Shown: positions 44,458 through 56,884, numbered from the stretch's first letter. The stretch is DNA of 64,000 nucleotides from Diplonema japonicum (GCA_964019335.1 OZ025666.1:186001-250000), one strand, 5' to 3'. The notes: generated by a model not told the origin, from the letters alone. Numbers and translations are program-made.

Positions 44458-45059
44458 GTGTATTCACAACGATGAATTTTCTCTGTCACTCGAGTAATTT
44501 TTTTTTCTTTTTTTTTTTTTCGAGAGAGTGACGGGAAGTGGATTGGGCGTGAATAAAGTGGTTTGTTTTTACTCCCCCCATTTTTTTTTTTTTTTAGAAT
44601 TTCTTTGTAACCTAGACTTTTTTTTTAAAAAAAATTAAAATTTTTGCTTTTTTTAAAGGTATAGAAGGCGGGTTTAGCTAGCACGTAAGAGCGAGCTGAG
44701 AGATGCCTTTTTTTTTTTGGTGGGGTCCTTCACTCCCCATCGTGATTTTTTTTTTAAATCTTAGAAGGAGGGAAAAAAAAAAGGAAATTGTGCTGTTGCT
44801 TGTAAAGAACAAAAAGGGAAAAAAAAAAGAAAACTAGAGGGGTACTTCATCCCTTTTTGTCTAGAAAAAAAAAAGTCACTTGCGGGGTAAAAAAAAATCC
44901 CCCTCCCCCCATTGTTAATGACCCCCCGTTACCTCATCTCCCTTTTATTAGAATAAAACTGAAGTTCAAAAAAAAAAGTTTTTTATAGAAAGTTTCACCC
45001 TCCATATATATATATTTTTTTAATTCTCTCAAAGAAAAAAAAGAGGGGGGGGAAAAGAA

Positions 45060-46815
45060 ATGCCAACAACAGAATGTCTATTCTGTGCGGAAGAGCGAGA
45101 AATATGGGCCAAGATGGACTGCGGGCACACAGGGACCTGCTGGAGGTGCGCTCTTCGCGTGAGATTCAAGGGGGATGAAAAGAAAAGAAGCCTATGCTTG
45201 GAATGCCAGCAACCCAGCAAGGGCATCTTTTTGTTCAAAGACAATGAGGAAAGGACACCTGAATCCGTCCAGGACCCCGCATGGAAGATTTGGTGCGAAA
45301 CCCCAGACATCCTGCAAGAAATTCGGTATCTGAGAGACACATACTGCCCGCTTTATGAAGAATGTGGAATCTATGACGCTTTTAACAGCTGGAACGCATT
45401 AAAGAAGCACACCCACGAGGAGCATGGTGTCACCTTCTGCAATGTGTGTGTCGAAAACCGGCCTCTCTTCCTATCTGAACAAACTCAATACTCCACCAAG
45501 CAGCTGAAGCAGCACGAGTCAACCTCCGAGCACTGTGAGATAGACGCGACAAATTTTCACGGCCACCCAAAGTGCTACTTCTGCAACATGCTCACCTACG
45601 ACTCTCTTGCCCTTTACGACCATATGCACCAAAGCCACATGCTTTGCGAATACTGCGAGAGAACACCCGATAAAAAGCTCATATTCTACCGTAGCATGCA
45701 CGAGCTCACTTCGCACTGGCACACGGAGCACTACTACTGCGAGAGGTGCCATGGTGAGTTTGCGGGGAGGCCCGACCATCATCCGAGTGAATGGGTTTTT
45801 GGGACCGACGTAGATTTGAAGGCGCATCAGGTAGCTTTTTTTTTTTTAATAGAAAAAAAACTTTTCCCCTGCAGTCAAAGGTACACGGTATGAAGGCTGT
45901 ATTGGAAATGGGCATCGGTGCAAGATGTATGAAATTCTTTTTGGAAAAGAAAAAAAAAAAAAAACAGCCTACGCCGACGAACGGCAAAGTCGGGGAGGGT
46001 ACCGAGGAGGAGGAGGGAGCCCGCAACCTCAAAACCCATCGGATGATTTTGAAACGGGTTTCAGCTCGGAGCATGTCATTACTTTTCAAATGGGAAGGCG
46101 GGTGGAAAGAGTTTCGATGGGGATGCCGAAAGGGGTACAAGGGGAACAAGGCGGCGGGCGTGGGGGCCGCGGGAGAGGCGGCAGGGGCCGTGAGAAACAA
46201 CCCCCCCAACCCCAACACGAGGCACCGGAGAAACTGCCCAACGAACGAGAACGCAACGTGCAGCTGATGACAAAAATCAAACAACTTCTGAACAATGACA
46301 TCACCAAGTTCAACCAGTTCAGGCTGCTCTCTTCCGAGTTCCTGAAGGGGAGCTTGCAGTCGGCCGAATACTACGCACAACTAGAAGTGTTTTTCGGTAA
46401 GAACATGCTTGTGGTATTCAGTGACTTGGTGGATTTGTTGCCCGACCCGAACAAAAAGGCGGGTCTTCGGTTAGTTCACAACAACGCCACTTCTAAAGAG
46501 AGGGGTGTACCCGAACCCCCAATTCCTTCCACGGTAAAGACTATGAATTTGAAAACAGGCCGAGGTGGGAAGCAGCAGCAGCAACAGCAGCAGCAACAGC
46601 AGCAGCAGCAAGAGCCCGCTTGGTTGAACATGACTCGGGGGTCAGCTGGTGTTACAACCTCATCTCTGAGCCGTTCGACTACACCGCCACCTTCTGCTTC
46701 TAGTACGGCGGATTTCCCTGCGCTTCAATCTGCTGGAAGTAAGAAAAAAAAAGCACCCAAAACCACTCCAAAACCTGGGAACGTCTGGGCGCACAAAGCA
46801 CAGCAACGAAAATGA
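45060..46815 (+). CDS. ZNF598: RING + C2H2 E3 ligase, ZNF598/Hel2-like; introns 45831-45874 and 45927-45967
   Basis: RING CLFC...CGH..CWRCALRVR...CLEC, GHPKCYFC, several C2H2 fingers, and a C-terminal PAH-like LL.LLPDPNKK. Confidence 0.8.
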
Positions 46816-47302
46816 TGCGGTTGAAGGGGAAAAAAAAAAAAGAAAAAAGTGTGACCATTTTTTTTTTGTCCTGACTAATCTAACCAAGTTTATATATAAA
46901 AAAAAATGAGGGGGAGGAAGGATATTTCGTCGACATGAAAAAAAAAAAAGAGAGAAAAAAAAAATTACGAAAAGGAGCGCATGCATATTGCGGTTCCGCC
47001 CCTAAAGATATCTCCCCATCCCTTCCTCATTTCTTAAAGGGGGACAACAAAAAGAAAATGAACAGTGGACGCTGCCCCACGCTGTACACCCTCTTTTTTT
47101 TTTTCCCCCATGTCATTCCTCTTCACAAAGCCCGGTCAAAAGAAAAAAGAATTACGTCCCCCCCCCCCCCCCCCCACCCTTCCCCCTTTTTCGTTCTGTT
47201 CCTCAAACTATATTCGTACAAGTCAAAACAAATAAAATAACAAAAAAAAAAAGGAAGAGAGGAGGAGGGGGGAGGGAGAGAAGGCAAAAAAAAAAAAAAA
47301 AA

Positions 47303-48014
47303 ATGGATATGCAACTGGAACCGTATGAGGATGATTTAGAGGACTTCGACACTGGTGGTTTTCAGGAGCAGGTTGGAGCAAAGAGGAAGGCTGTCAGCGG
47401 TGTTGTTGAGCCGGTCGACCCTTCAAACATGGACAGTGACAGCTACGCAATGTACAGGGTGATAAAATTTCTAGTAGCAAACACAATGATGAAATATTTC
47501 CGGATGTCGGACTACTTCGATGGGGACAGGGAGAGGTATTACAAGCACGTGAAACACGTGGTAGCAAAGCTTTACCGGATAGAGACCCCTGCCATCCTCA
47601 AGGAGGAAAATATGCGGCAGGCAGTGACAGATATTTGTGAAGTGACGAAGCTTCACGTCGCGCAGAAGGTCTGCAAAAAATCTCGCGTCTCGTCTTCCTC
47701 CAAACACGCGCGGCGGTCCATCTCGTCGAACCTCTCTACCCCTGCTAAGCTGCCCATCTCTACACCTCCGCCTCTTCCCGTTCCTGTCCCCGTTTCAACT
47801 TCTCTTCTTCCCCCTCCTTCCGCAGTGCCTGCGCAACGTGAGGTGTCACCCGACTCGGTATATTTATATATTTGGGGAAAAAAAAAAAAAAAAAAAAGGC
47901 AATTTTCTCCGATCACGAAGTGCATTATATCGACGATGAGTAGTATTATAAATATATATATATATATATATTTTTTTTTTTTAAAGGAGCGGCACACTGC
48001 CGAATGCTGCGTGA
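47303..48014 (+). CDS. Hypothetical protein; introns 47858-47898 and probably 47940-47986
   Basis: Removing two homopolymer-filled GT-AG segments gives ...AIFSDHEVHYIDDESGTLPNAA*. Confidence 0.55.
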
Positions 48015-48238
48015 GGGTAAGCTGAGCAGTGCAATGATGGTACAGGGGGGGCGTCACCGTCACCTCTCCTAGCTGCGTGCACGTTGGTGGAAATTTTTTT
48101 TTTTTTTTTTTTTTTTACAGGGAGAAACATAGTGTTATTCAATTCTTTTTTTTTTCCTTCTCCTGTTTGGATTTTTTTTTTTTGAAACTTTTTTTTTCTC
48201 AGGGCACCCCCCCTTTTTTTTTAAAAGGCCATCGGCGC

Positions 48239-50533
48239 ATGACCTTAGATGATCCATTGGAACGACTATTCCAAGGGGTGCCGGTGGAGGAAGGGGTGAC
48301 CAATGCATTGCTCGCACTGAGTAAAAACTACGGAATAGAGGTGGTCAAAGGATACGTACAAGAATGGCTGGTGGACACAACGGGCGACAGCGAGACCATG
48401 TACCCTTACTACGGTTCGGTGGAAGACGACTCCGCGACGAATTCCTGCGGAGTTTCACCGAAATGCGGCATTAACGAGAGACCGATTCCTTTTGAAGAGT
48501 TAAAGGGAATGTCCGCGGTCTCTACCGGAAACTTCGGCGCGGTACACAAAGGAACCTACCAAGCTAGCGACATCGCAGTTAAAACCCTTCATTCTCGATA
48601 TTCCATGAGAATGCAAGAGCGATTCTTGCAAGAAATCGCGATTCTGAGAAGGTTTCGCCACCAAAACATAGTCACGTACTACGGGTACTCCACACGCCCA
48701 GACGGCATGTTGTGCCTTGTCATGGAATACTGCCACGGAGGCAGCCTTATGAGCGCGTTGAGGAACAGGTGTGAAACCGGCAACAGGCTATGCGTTTCCG
48801 ATATTATCCGTATAACTACTCATGTTTGTTCTGCTTTACATTCCTTGCATTGTGCTGGGGTGATCCATAGGGACACTGCTGTTCGGAATATTTTCTTGCA
48901 GTCTCCGGGCGGCATCACGAACAGTCAGATTTACAAGGTTGGCGATCTTGGGCTTTCGGAGGATGAATCCCCTGTCACGACATCAGCGGAGTCAAGCTGC
49001 GAAGTTTCACAGAAACCCTTCCACGTCAACACCGCCGTTCAAGAAAACCCATCATTTTCGCATCTCTCCCTCCTCGGAAGCTTGGCTAAAGCGTCGCATT
49101 TACATTTACACGTTTTAGCCCCCGCTGTTCCATTGTACAATTATGAAGTCGGGGAATGTGTGTCTTCGCGTTCATTTGAGTCGGTGCTACCCATAAGATG
49201 GTGCTCGCCGGAAGTGTTGGAAAGTAAAGGTTCGGATTTCTCTGCGGAGAGTGACATCTGGGCGTTGGGTGTCATGTTGTGGGAGATTATCACTTACGCT
49301 TCTTCACTGCCTTACCAGACAGAGTCACAGTCGTCCCCTTCCAGTTCCATAAGAGACAGCATAGTGAATGGTTCGATGTTGTTGGAAATGCCGGTAGAGT
49401 GCCCGAGGTATTTTTGGGAAGCAGTGGTGGCACCGTGTCTTCTACCTGTTAAGAGGCGTCCGAATGCAGCGGAAGTGCGGAAGGTTGCCATGAAGCTGCT
49501 CCGTACTATTGGAAAAACACATTCCCATGTCATCCCGCTGCCTTCCGACCAGTCTTCCTTTGACGATTTCATCAATGACAAGCACCCCATGCACACACAC
49601 CCGTTGAAGCCCCTCACAATGGCCGTCGAACGTGGTTTCTCACGTTACATATGTTTAGTATGCCGCAACAAGGTGGAATCGGCGTCGGGTTCTTCAGTTA
49701 GAATGTGCAAAGGCTGCAAGTTTTACATGTGCGACGCGTGTTTTATGAACACAAAAGACGGGCTTTTTGTAGGAGAGGTTCACGGCTCCATCGTGAACGG
49801 GAAACTGCAGGGCAACGGTGTTTTAAAATGCTGGCACGGTGTTTACGAAGGCTTCTTTGAATCCGGCGAGTTTTGCAAAGGGCTGTTCAAGTACAAATCA
49901 AGCAACTGGACGTACGAAGGACAGTGGAACGGGTTTGCAAAACACGGCCACGGTGTCGATAAATCAAACGAAACCTTCAACAAGAGTCTATGGAAAGGAG
50001 GCAGCACATATGTCGGCGACTTCGAGTGGAACATGAGAAGCGGGGTTGGAAGAATGGTATGGCCATACATGCAAATATATGAAGGCGAGTGGAGAGCCGA
50101 CCAGCGGCATGGAAAAGGAACCTACACCTTCGCACCAGCTAGAGATATATCTGAATTCAACCCCTTCAGCCCTGAATGGGAAGGAAACCCTTCGCGCCAG
50201 ACTCAAGAGCTTGAGGCGTACCTTCTCGACGTCCCTCGCCGGATGGGAACCTGCTCCTCCTGCGGCGTTAAAAACCTTCTTTCTCTCAGATGGTTCAAAT
50301 GTAACCACTGCCCGTGTGACATTTGCCTTTCGTGCTTCAACCAGAACGCTCACCCACAACACACCTTCACCTCCATGGCAAAGCTCGCCCGGGGATACCC
50401 ATGGGGTGGTGAATACACAGGTAGCTTTCACGAATCACACTTCAACGGTACTGGCACTCTGAAGGACAAATCAGGGGCGATCCTCAAGCAGGGACACTGG
50501 TCTCGCGGTGTGTTTGCTGGGTCCATGAAATAG
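48239..50533 (+). CDS. Protein kinase (TK/TKL-like) + DC1/C1-like finger + MORN repeats + ZZ finger
   Basis: Kinase motifs IAVK, HRDTAVRN, GDLGL, LPIRWCSPE, SDIWALGVMLWEI. MORN repeats YEGEW...HGKG. ZZ finger CSSC...KCNHC..DICLSC....HPQH. Confidence 0.85.
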   Translation: MTLDDPLERLFQGVPVEEGVTNALLALSKNYGIEVVKGYVQEWLVDTTGDSETMYPYYGSVEDDSATNSCGVSPKCGINERPIPFEELKGMSAVSTGNFGAVHKGTYQASDIAVKTLHSRYSMRMQERFLQEIAILRRFRHQNIVTYYGYSTRPDGMLCLVMEYCHGGSLMSALRNRCETGNRLCVSDIIRITTHVCSALHSLHCAGVIHRDTAVRNIFLQSPGGITNSQIYKVGDLGLSEDESPVTTSAESSCEVSQKPFHVNTAVQENPSFSHLSLLGSLAKASHLHLHVLAPAVPLYNYEVGECVSSRSFESVLPIRWCSPEVLESKGSDFSAESDIWALGVMLWEIITYASSLPYQTESQSSPSSSIRDSIVNGSMLLEMPVECPRYFWEAVVAPCLLPVKRRPNAAEVRKVAMKLLRTIGKTHSHVIPLPSDQSSFDDFINDKHPMHTHPLKPLTMAVERGFSRYICLVCRNKVESASGSSVRMCKGCKFYMCDACFMNTKDGLFVGEVHGSIVNGKLQGNGVLKCWHGVYEGFFESGEFCKGLFKYKSSNWTYEGQWNGFAKHGHGVDKSNETFNKSLWKGGSTYVGDFEWNMRSGVGRMVWPYMQIYEGEWRADQRHGKGTYTFAPARDISEFNPFSPEWEGNPSRQTQELEAYLLDVPRRMGTCSSCGVKNLLSLRWFKCNHCPCDICLSCFNQNAHPQHTFTSMAKLARGYPWGGEYTGSFHESHFNGTGTLKDKSGAILKQGHWSRGVFAGSMK

Positions 50534-51202
50534 AATAAAAAATAATATGGGGGGGTATAAACAACGGTAAACCGCTTTTTAAAAGGAAGAAAGTAGGAGA
50601 TGGGAAGAGATGGGAAGACAGAGTTTTGACTCGTTAAAACAGGCTGTGAGCGTAGGAAACATGGGTGGTTTTTTATATAGGTGTTTCGCCCAAGGTTCTG
50701 TCACCCTCCCCCCCTTTTTTTAAATTCTTTGGAGAAGGCCGGCAAGACCACCAAAGGAGGAGAAAGATGAGAACTAGGGCGTCTCACAAGACTTCCTTTA
50801 ACTCATTTTTTTTTTCTTTTTCTTCATTGGGGGTTGCATTTTATGATCCCCAGTTTTTTTTTTTTTTTTTTTTTCCCCCCTATTTTTTCTCTTAGTTTCA
50901 ATTCACCCCTTAGCCTAAATTGGAGGGGGTAGAGGTCCCCCTCCCCCTCTTTTGACTTCCACCTTACCAAAATTCTTACCCCCCTCTTCAAAAGGAATTT
51001 ACTGAAAATAAGAGAAGAGGTTTTTGTGTGTTTTTTTATTTATTTTTTTATTACGGGGATTTGATTTTTCTTTCACCTTCCCCCCCCCCCCCCCCCCCCT
51101 GTAAGTTGTTTTTCACCCTTTTTTTAACTTGTTTCCTCTGTTTTAATTCGAAAAAAAAAAGAGCACGAGAGAGAAAAAAATCTTTGAAAAAAAAAAAAAA
51201 AA

Positions 51203-51334
51203 ATGGCCTGGGTTCAGAAAGACAAGGAGCTGATCATGGACCAGCTCCAGGCATGGGCTGTGGGCATCAATGATAAGAACACTGGTGCGAAGGGAGGGCT
51301 GTCCTACTTGGGAAAGTATGTAGGGATTGGGAAG

Positions 51335-51373
<39 letters not shown>

Positions 51374-51600
51374 GGGAGGACCTTCACACGAAGGTGGAAT
51401 CTAAGAACGTTTTCTTGGACATCAAGCTCCCTGCTGGCAGCAAGCCAAGCGAAGAGTTCGGCATTTGGAAACCAGTGGTGACCGGCAAGATCAAGAATGA
51501 CGCACAAGGCATCCTCATCAACTTCAACGGCGAATTCCAGTGCAAGAAGGACACAGACGGTGTCTTCATGATTAAGTGCGACAAGTTTGTCTTGGCGTGA
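51203..51600 (+). CDS. Small hypothetical protein (~112 aa); intron 51316-51374
   Basis: Removing GTATGT..TTTAG joins ORFs 51203 and 51394 in frame. Confidence 0.65.
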
Positions 51601-51743
51601 GAGAGAGAGAAAAAAAAAAAAAAAAAAAAAACTTTCCAACGTTACCTCTCCTTTTTTTTCCCTTCCCCTTATTTTTTTATGAAAATCCTTTTTTTTTTTA
51701 TGGGAAAAAAAAAAAAAAAAAAAAACCTCGTTTTAGTTGACGT

Positions 51744-51782
<39 letters not shown>

Positions 51783-51849
51783 CAAATGTTTTCTTTGTTT
51801 AATTGGACGGAAACCCCAAGCAGCGTTACAGGGGTTGAAAAAAAAAAAA

Positions 51850-52338
51850 ATGGAATTACACGTGCACACAACCATCGCCAGCAAGAAACAGCTGAAAATA
51901 GAAGTCCCTGTGGGATGCATTGTTGCTGTTCTGAAGGATCTTATTGCAGAGCAGACAGGGGTCCCTCCCAAGGTGCAGAGATTGGTGTACATGACCAAAC
52001 AGCTTGTGGAGGATAAGAGGGAGCTGAGCTCTTACGGAATCCATAACAACTCGAGCCTCGCAATGTTAAACCCTACACGTGATGAGGCTGGGCCGCTGTA
52101 CTTTAAGCTATGGGTGGACAACAAAGTGCGTAAAGGTGAAAGCCTTGATGAGGGCAAGTGGTCGGGTGCCCTGCTGACTGAAGAACTCTATCCTCGTGTT
52201 ATCGATCTATTGAAAATCCCCGATGGCAAGACCGTAAAGCTAGTCCACAACGCTATCACTCTACCAGGCGACTTTGCCTTGTGTGAGTGTGGTGTTGCAG
52301 CTGGTTCAACCATTCATGTGATCCAAAGTAAACAGTAA
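51850..52338 (+). CDS. Ubiquitin-like domain protein (two Ubl-like segments)
   Basis: LKDLIAEQTGVPPKVQRLVY..KQLVEDKRELSSYGI, and a second segment LCECGVAAGSTIHV. Confidence 0.75.
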   Translation: MELHVHTTIASKKQLKIEVPVGCIVAVLKDLIAEQTGVPPKVQRLVYMTKQLVEDKRELSSYGIHNNSSLAMLNPTRDEAGPLYFKLWVDNKVRKGESLDEGKWSGALLTEELYPRVIDLLKIPDGKTVKLVHNAITLPGDFALCECGVAAGSTIHVIQSKQ

Positions 52339-52431
52339 AGAATGAGAAAAAAAATTGAGAAGAAAAAAAAAAGAAATCGTTATTCCTTCTAGCCCTTGTG
52401 CCGGAAAGCCCGTGCGCAGCATTTTTTTACC

Positions 52432-52472
<41 letters not shown>

Positions 52473-53157
52473 AATGCAAACAACCAAAAAAAAAAAAAAA
52501 AAAAAAAAAAAAATAGAAATATATACATACACAGGAAATTAAAAAAAAAAATGAAGTATCTGCACACCTTGCTGGTTAATATGTCTCCTGAAGGCAAGGC
52601 AACCCTCCATCACCTCAAGGCCATGGGCCCTAAATCGAAAATGTAAAGTTACCGTTTGATAGCTCGGATCACCCACCCCACCCCACCCCCGTCTGTTAGG
52701 CGATTAAAAAAATCGTTCAGAAATAGCTTTAATGAAGGGAAACCCCCTTTTTTTTTCGTTCCCCATTGTTTCGTCCTGCATGCGTGAGGCTTGTACCCCC
52801 CTCTCTCTCCCTTCCTTTCTTCTTTTTCCTGCCTCAAGGGAGAAAGAAGGAACAAAGGGGGAAATGCGGGGGAAGAAAAAAGTTTTAACTTAAGTAGTGG
52901 ATGGCATCCCTCCTGCTTCTTCTTCTTCCCCACCTCTCCCCCTTTTTTTTTTCGATGGATTGTTTTGCTAGCAACATGTTTCCCATCATTTCTTGTTTCA
53001 AAAGAAAAAAAAAATAGCTGAGAAGGTTTGCTCGTTTTCTTCTCTTCCTTTTTTTTTTTTTTTTTTTTTTTTGGAAAGAAGACAAACCCACCGTCTCGTT
53101 GCCTCTATTACTATTTATTTCTCTCTTACCTTTTAGGTTAATAGAAAAGAAGAAAAA

Positions 53158-53877
53158 ATGCAGAAATTCCGGCATTTGGATCTATTGGTGCAGGTTATGT
53201 ACGAAAAGGGAGTTTTTTCAAGATACCTAATGACGCTGCCACCTGTTAGAGAAAAACTGAGAATCGCGGCGGACAACGTTCGCCCTGAGGTACCAGAGCA
53301 GGTTATGCCACGACCAAAGAAGGAAAGGCTTGTGAACGTCAGGAAAGGGTCAGAGGTGTTCCCACCCCCACCCCCACCCACCGTAAAGGAAGGGCTTTTG
53401 AAAACCATCAAAGAGAGAGACAAGGCCATCGACAGACAGAAAACGAAAAAAAAAAGAAGTTCGACAAAAACACGAGCAGTGTCTCCCACTAGAGGCCTCA
53501 CCAGAGCAGGTTCCGGTCTGGGTCTGAAAGAACCTCCACCCCCCCCACATTCAATGGCAAGAAAATACTCTCTCACCCGGCCCTTCCACAGCGGGGTGCA
53601 TCAAGCCCCTTCATGCCCCAAAACTCATCATGACTCTTTTACAAAAAGCCACACGATGTCGCACCCTCCACCGAGACACAGTAAGTCCGACCTCTCTGCG
53701 CAGTTTAAACACAGGTTGAGGATAAACTCCACTACCTCTCTCTCTTCAACATATTCGTCTGGAGGGGGAGCTCCGCAACACACAGCACAGACATACAGCA
53801 GCTTCAGAACCCACCCAAAACGGCAGACAATGTCGGCAGTGTTTAGTGATGTGCGCACGGTGAGCACAATACTTTAA
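53158..53877 (+). CDS. Hypothetical, largely disordered protein
   Basis: 239-aa ORF following a pyrimidine tract and AG. Confidence 0.55.
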   Translation: MQKFRHLDLLVQVMYEKGVFSRYLMTLPPVREKLRIAADNVRPEVPEQVMPRPKKERLVNVRKGSEVFPPPPPPTVKEGLLKTIKERDKAIDRQKTKKKRSSTKTRAVSPTRGLTRAGSGLGLKEPPPPPHSMARKYSLTRPFHSGVHQAPSCPKTHHDSFTKSHTMSHPPPRHSKSDLSAQFKHRLRINSTTSLSSTYSSGGGAPQHTAQTYSSFRTHPKRQTMSAVFSDVRTVSTIL

Positions 53878-54230
53878 AAAAAAAGTAATCCCCCCCCCCC
53901 CCCCCCCCCCCACCTACCGCTCAATCGTTACAGGGTGAATTTTTTTGTGGGGCAGTGATTTTTTTTTTTTCCCTCTTAATTTTTTTAGTGTTTTTTTTTT
54001 TTTCTTTAGCTCTGTAGACCCTACTTCCGTGGGTGTTTTTTTTTTTTTTTTGTTTATTTTTCTCTCTCTTCCTCTCTTCCCCCCTCCTAAAATTGTCTAT
54101 CCTTATGGAATAAAAAAAAAAAAAAAAAGAACCCCATCTGTGATAGCACACTGTCAGTATAAAGAAAGTACTTATAATAGTGGCCCCATTGCTAATATTT
54201 TTCCTAAAGGGGGAGGGAAGGGAGAAAGAA

Positions 54231-55457
54231 ATGCATAAGTACCGCCTCCTCGGGAGGCAAGGCGAGGGAACGTTCAGCGAGGTGTTGAAAGCGCAGTGCA
54301 CGAAGAACAACAAGAACGTGGCGATAAAATGCATGAAGAATCACTTCGACAGTGTGGAGCAGGTCAACAGGCTGAGGGAGATCCAAGCCCTCAGAAGGCT
54401 CTCACCCCACCCGAACATCATTAAACTCTACGAGGTTTTGTACGACAGAAGCACAGGACGCTTGGCACTTGTATTTGAACTCATGGACATGAACATCTAT
54501 GAGCTGATAAAGGGACGCCGGCAGTACGTGGCAGATGATAAAATCCTGCACTACATGTACCAGCTTGTCAAAGCAATGGACCATATGCACCGAAACGGGA
54601 TTTTCCACAGGGACATCAAACCAGAAAACATCCTCATTGCAGGAGACACTTTAAAACTAGCCGACTTCGGGTCCTGTAGAGGAATCTACTCAAAACAACC
54701 ATTCACAGAATATATAGCTACGAGATGGTACCGCGCGCCGGAATGTCTTCTTACTGATGGGTATTACAATTATAAAATGGATCTTTGGGGGGTGGGGTGT
54801 GTTTTCTTTGAGGTTGTGTCGCTGTACCCGTTATTCCCCGGGACGAACGAGCTGGATCAGATTCATAAAATCCACAACATTCTCGGGACCCCGCCGGTCG
54901 ACCTGTTGAACAAGATGAAGAAGCATTCCTCGCATATCGATTTTGATTTCCCGCAAAAGCAAGGGACTGGAATCGCGAAATTAATACCACATGCTGCTCA
55001 AGAAACGTTGGATTTGTTGGGAAGGCTGCTTGCTTATAACCCAGATGAGAGAATCTCTGCTAAACAGGCTTTACGACATTCTTTTTTCAAAGAGATACGA
55101 GACTTGGACAGGAAGCTGCGTAACAAGGGAAAAACGGACTCAAAGGAAAAACCCTCGGAGCATTCCTCAAGATCGAACACAGATTTGTCCAACACTGCCA
55201 ACCTGGAGGACGGTGGTCCAGACACAATGAGCGTTGACTCTGACACTCAATTCTCCGACACACAAACCAGCAAACGAAAAGTTATAGAAGAAGGTATCCT
55301 CCCTTCGCTGTCCACCGGTAGGATGACCACTCATAAACCTGATTTTGCCCTGTCTGGTTCCATTGGCGCGAAATCCGTTGGCCAAACTACACTCCCCACT
55401 CTTGTGAACAAACAAAACGGTCTTACTTCTACTGCGCTGGAGAGTGATGTTGTGTGA
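54231..55457 (+). CDS. MOK: MOK/RAGE-family (RCK) serine/threonine kinase
   Basis: GEGTFSEV, LREIQALRRLSPHPNI, HRDIKPEN and PFTEYIATRWYRAPECLLTDGYY. A further 3' exon is possible. Confidence 0.88.
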   Translation: MHKYRLLGRQGEGTFSEVLKAQCTKNNKNVAIKCMKNHFDSVEQVNRLREIQALRRLSPHPNIIKLYEVLYDRSTGRLALVFELMDMNIYELIKGRRQYVADDKILHYMYQLVKAMDHMHRNGIFHRDIKPENILIAGDTLKLADFGSCRGIYSKQPFTEYIATRWYRAPECLLTDGYYNYKMDLWGVGCVFFEVVSLYPLFPGTNELDQIHKIHNILGTPPVDLLNKMKKHSSHIDFDFPQKQGTGIAKLIPHAAQETLDLLGRLLAYNPDERISAKQALRHSFFKEIRDLDRKLRNKGKTDSKEKPSEHSSRSNTDLSNTANLEDGGPDTMSVDSDTQFSDTQTSKRKVIEEGILPSLSTGRMTTHKPDFALSGSIGAKSVGQTTLPTLVNKQNGLTSTALESDVV

Positions 55458-55979
55458 AAAAAAAAAAAAAAAAAAAAATGGGAATGGAGTGACATATGGA
55501 TTCCCTTTCCAGGGAAAACCGGGATCTCTTCCCACTACTCCCCCGCTTTCCCTTTGTTATGCTACCCCCTGCCGGTGTATTCTTGCGCTCTTTTTTTTTT
55601 GATGGTGGCGTCAAAAAAAACCCCCCCCCCTTACCATATTTCCTTGTTTTTTATATATTGCTTCTTTCATGACCCTCTCCTTGTAGTCTTTTTTTCTTTT
55701 TCTTTTGGGTGGTGGTGTGGGGGGGGGGGGGGGGGGGGGACGTTGATTGTCATCTTCGTACATATCTTAGCAAAAAAGAAAATGGAGGAGGGAAGGCCTC
55801 ATTCCCCCCCCCTCCTTTTTTTCCCCCACCTCTCCCTCCTTTCCCATCCTTTTTTCCCCTCTTTCCAATGCACACAAATACAACCCCCCCCCCCCCCCCC
55901 CCCTCCACTTTCTTTTTCCAGTCCCTCCCACGATATTCTATTTTGCTTTTCATATCTATTTCCAGGAGGGAAGGAGGAG

Positions 55980-56840
55980 ATGTGCGGCGAACAAATAATT
56001 AAAGCAGCAACGGCAGCACTGGTGAGAGTGTGCAAGAGGACGGGCCGCAATGAGGTGCTGTTCGGGCAGACACCATTCGACAATTATTACAAAGCGACGA
56101 AAGGCGAGACCCCCCCGTTGATGAGATACCCGGGGGAGTACAAAATCCCAGGAGGCTGTATCGACACAGGCGAGACAGGAGAACAATGCGCCCTCCGAGA
56201 ACTCGACGAAGAACTAGGCGTCGGAAAGGCGGCAACTGTGAAGCAACGGTTGTGGAGCGTACGAATCACTCGTAAGGTGAAAGGGAGGAGGCACTTGATG
56301 ATGAACTACATCATACACGAGGCCGACAACGAATGGGTTTCAAATATCAGCTCACACAACATCAACGAGTGGTTGGATGCAAAACGGAAACGTTTTGAAG
56401 AAACGCTTCAAAACGGTACCTTTTGGGAAGATTGCGGGCGGAACCGTCATCTCGCACCCGAAGTCCACCAAGCAGCATGGGTTGACACTGGTTATGCGTG
56501 TCGGATGTTGGCAGCATCACGGGGACCGTCGGGTTTCGGGTTTCCCGAACCGCAAACCAGCGAGATCTTTGAGAGGTTCAACGTTTGCAAAGAGGACCTC
56601 AACGAATCATGGTTGGCACACGCGGCTCAGCTTTCCCCTTCCGAACCCCATGCTGTCCCATTGTTCTGGAACAGCTTCCAACAAGACGAAATGTGCCGCA
56701 GGAACATCACAGCACGCGACCCTATGTACCAAACCTTGACAGTCGTGGACGGTGTTCACAGCCTCCCTTCTAACCCAAACATGGATACCCTGTGCGGTAT
56801 GGATATGGTGAAGGCGCGATCGAACGTTGCCGAGTGGTAA
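55980..56840 (+). CDS. Nudix hydrolase
   Basis: Nudix box GGCIDTGETGEQCALRELDEELG. The 3' end could be changed by splicing. Confidence 0.8.
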   Translation: MCGEQIIKAATAALVRVCKRTGRNEVLFGQTPFDNYYKATKGETPPLMRYPGEYKIPGGCIDTGETGEQCALRELDEELGVGKAATVKQRLWSVRITRKVKGRRHLMMNYIIHEADNEWVSNISSHNINEWLDAKRKRFEETLQNGTFWEDCGRNRHLAPEVHQAAWVDTGYACRMLAASRGPSGFGFPEPQTSEIFERFNVCKEDLNESWLAHAAQLSPSEPHAVPLFWNSFQQDEMCRRNITARDPMYQTLTVVDGVHSLPSNPNMDTLCGMDMVKARSNVAEW

Positions 56841-56884
56841 GGGAGAAAGAAGAAAAAAAAAAGTATTTTTGTACGGTGCGCCAT

